From Phoronis australis (Eukaryota > Animalia > Phoronida): a DNA stretch of 64,000 nucleotides. The stretch lies in contig NMRA01000774.1 in the NCBI GenBank assembly GCA_002633005.1, forward strand, positions 90,218 through 154,217. Direction: 5' to 3'. How positions within the stretch are numbered: position 1 is the first letter of the stretch; each line of letters starts with the position of its first letter. The notes beneath the pieces were generated by a model. That model was not told the origin of the DNA and ran no database searches. It saw nothing but the letters and a program-made list of their open reading frames with translations. The position numbers and the translations under genes are program-made. This document shows positions 62,823-64,000 of this stretch, piece by piece.

Positions 62823-64000
62823 TTTATTTATATATAGTTAAACCAAGCTGAGGAGCTTGAAACCTGTTTTTTGGCAGTGGGATTTTCTGAAAAATGCTCG
62901 TAAGTTTGATAGCAATGCACTGCAGTTTGGTAGAAACTCTGTCATAGGTTACAAATTCGTTACAGAGCGTAAATTCAATGAATTCTAGCTTACGATTTCA
63001 CCTGTTTCGGAGACCGGGTTTCAACCACTTTTGGGCTATAATAAGCGCGCCCCTTCCTTAAGCGGATATTTCTAAGCGCCCTGGTCGCTTATTAGGGCGA
63101 ATACGGTAATATTTCAGAAGGGCAATACTTATTTTCCTTTATAGTCCAGTCATTCTACGGATAACCCGGAAAAATGCAACAGAAGGTTTTATTGCATAAA
63201 TCGTATCCTTTCATACCCCTTAGTGGGAAAAAAAGTCTACCGGAATCGGAGTGGCGGAAGTTGGTTTTTCAAGATGGCGGACAAAATGGCCGCCGGANAC
63301 TATTTTAACCTTTGCATATTTATAATTCAACATTCTCAAGTGAGCAGTTCTTCTGGGAAGTGTTGAGTGGCCCTTAAAAGGGCAGTTGGTTGTAGTTATA
63401 GCGTGAAATGTTTCTTAAAAGAACCGTTGAATAATTCAACATAAATCACACAGTATACCATGCTCACTCAAGTAATGAAGGTCCTCTTCATTCAAGTTTT
63501 CATCTTGGAAGGTTGGATGAAAACAGAGGAGATGACAATATCGATGACTGTTGTAACTCCTTATATAAATGTTACAGTTCTCCAACGTTATCACGAACCA
63601 TGGTTCTTTCAGTTCTTGTTCCTGGATTCAGAAGAAACCCTGAACCATAGGGAAAAAACATACAACGAAAACGAATCAAAATTTGAAAATAAATCATCGC
63701 CTTCGTACTATTCCGTGTTGCTGTCGCCAGACTGATGTTCCTCCCCATTTTTAAGAAAGGAGTGAACTGATTTTGTTTAACGTTGATAGAGCATAACTTT
63801 TGGTTTTTACAATGCATTAATTGTGTTGAATGCATTCAAATTAGTTGGCTTCATTCAGTTGAACAGAAAATAAATTAAATGTAAAACAATAAAGTTTTGA
63901 AAATAAATAGAACAGTAACAGGACTCCCTAAAAATCGAGCTGTTTTCAAAAACTTTGCACCATTGGTGATCTGATTGGCTCATGCATTTACGGCGGGAAA

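Larger units (their letters stand above)
61487..64000. repeat. Duplication starting after single n at 63298 (63299-64000 repeats 61487-about 62188)
   Basis: Offset 1812, few substitutions. Confidence 0.9.

Overview
AT-rich, repeat-dense animal DNA (marine invertebrate-like), not prokaryotic; almost all ORFs in the supplied track are spurious. One host gene could be reconstructed by hand: a minus-strand astacin-family (M12A) zinc metalloprotease with 8 exons between 32541 and 7671 (signal peptide, prodomain, [12 protein letters not shown] zinc motif, SVMHY Met-turn, Cys-rich segment, Gly12 linker). All junctions are GT-AG and phase-compatible. Its remaining 3' exon(s) were not found and probably lie left of the window. 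The rest is decayed mobile DNA: an internally deleted Kolobok (THAP-transposase plus convergent P2X7-C-terminus-like ORF) nested in a second Kolobok-like element, RTE-X-like LINE remnants, P-element/THAP9-like transposase remnants, a Sola3-like relic, an LTR-like element with a heat-shock-element array, a Penelope-like hairpin and several MITE families. Five near-identical tandem duplications each sit at a single 'n' and are probably uncollapsed haplotype overlaps; there is also a 776-nt gap. The oddest signals are a non-histone repeat carrying two histone-type 3' stem-loops, the intronic HSE-LTR, and strong TACATGTA enrichment. Family assignments come from motif recognition by eye, not database searches.
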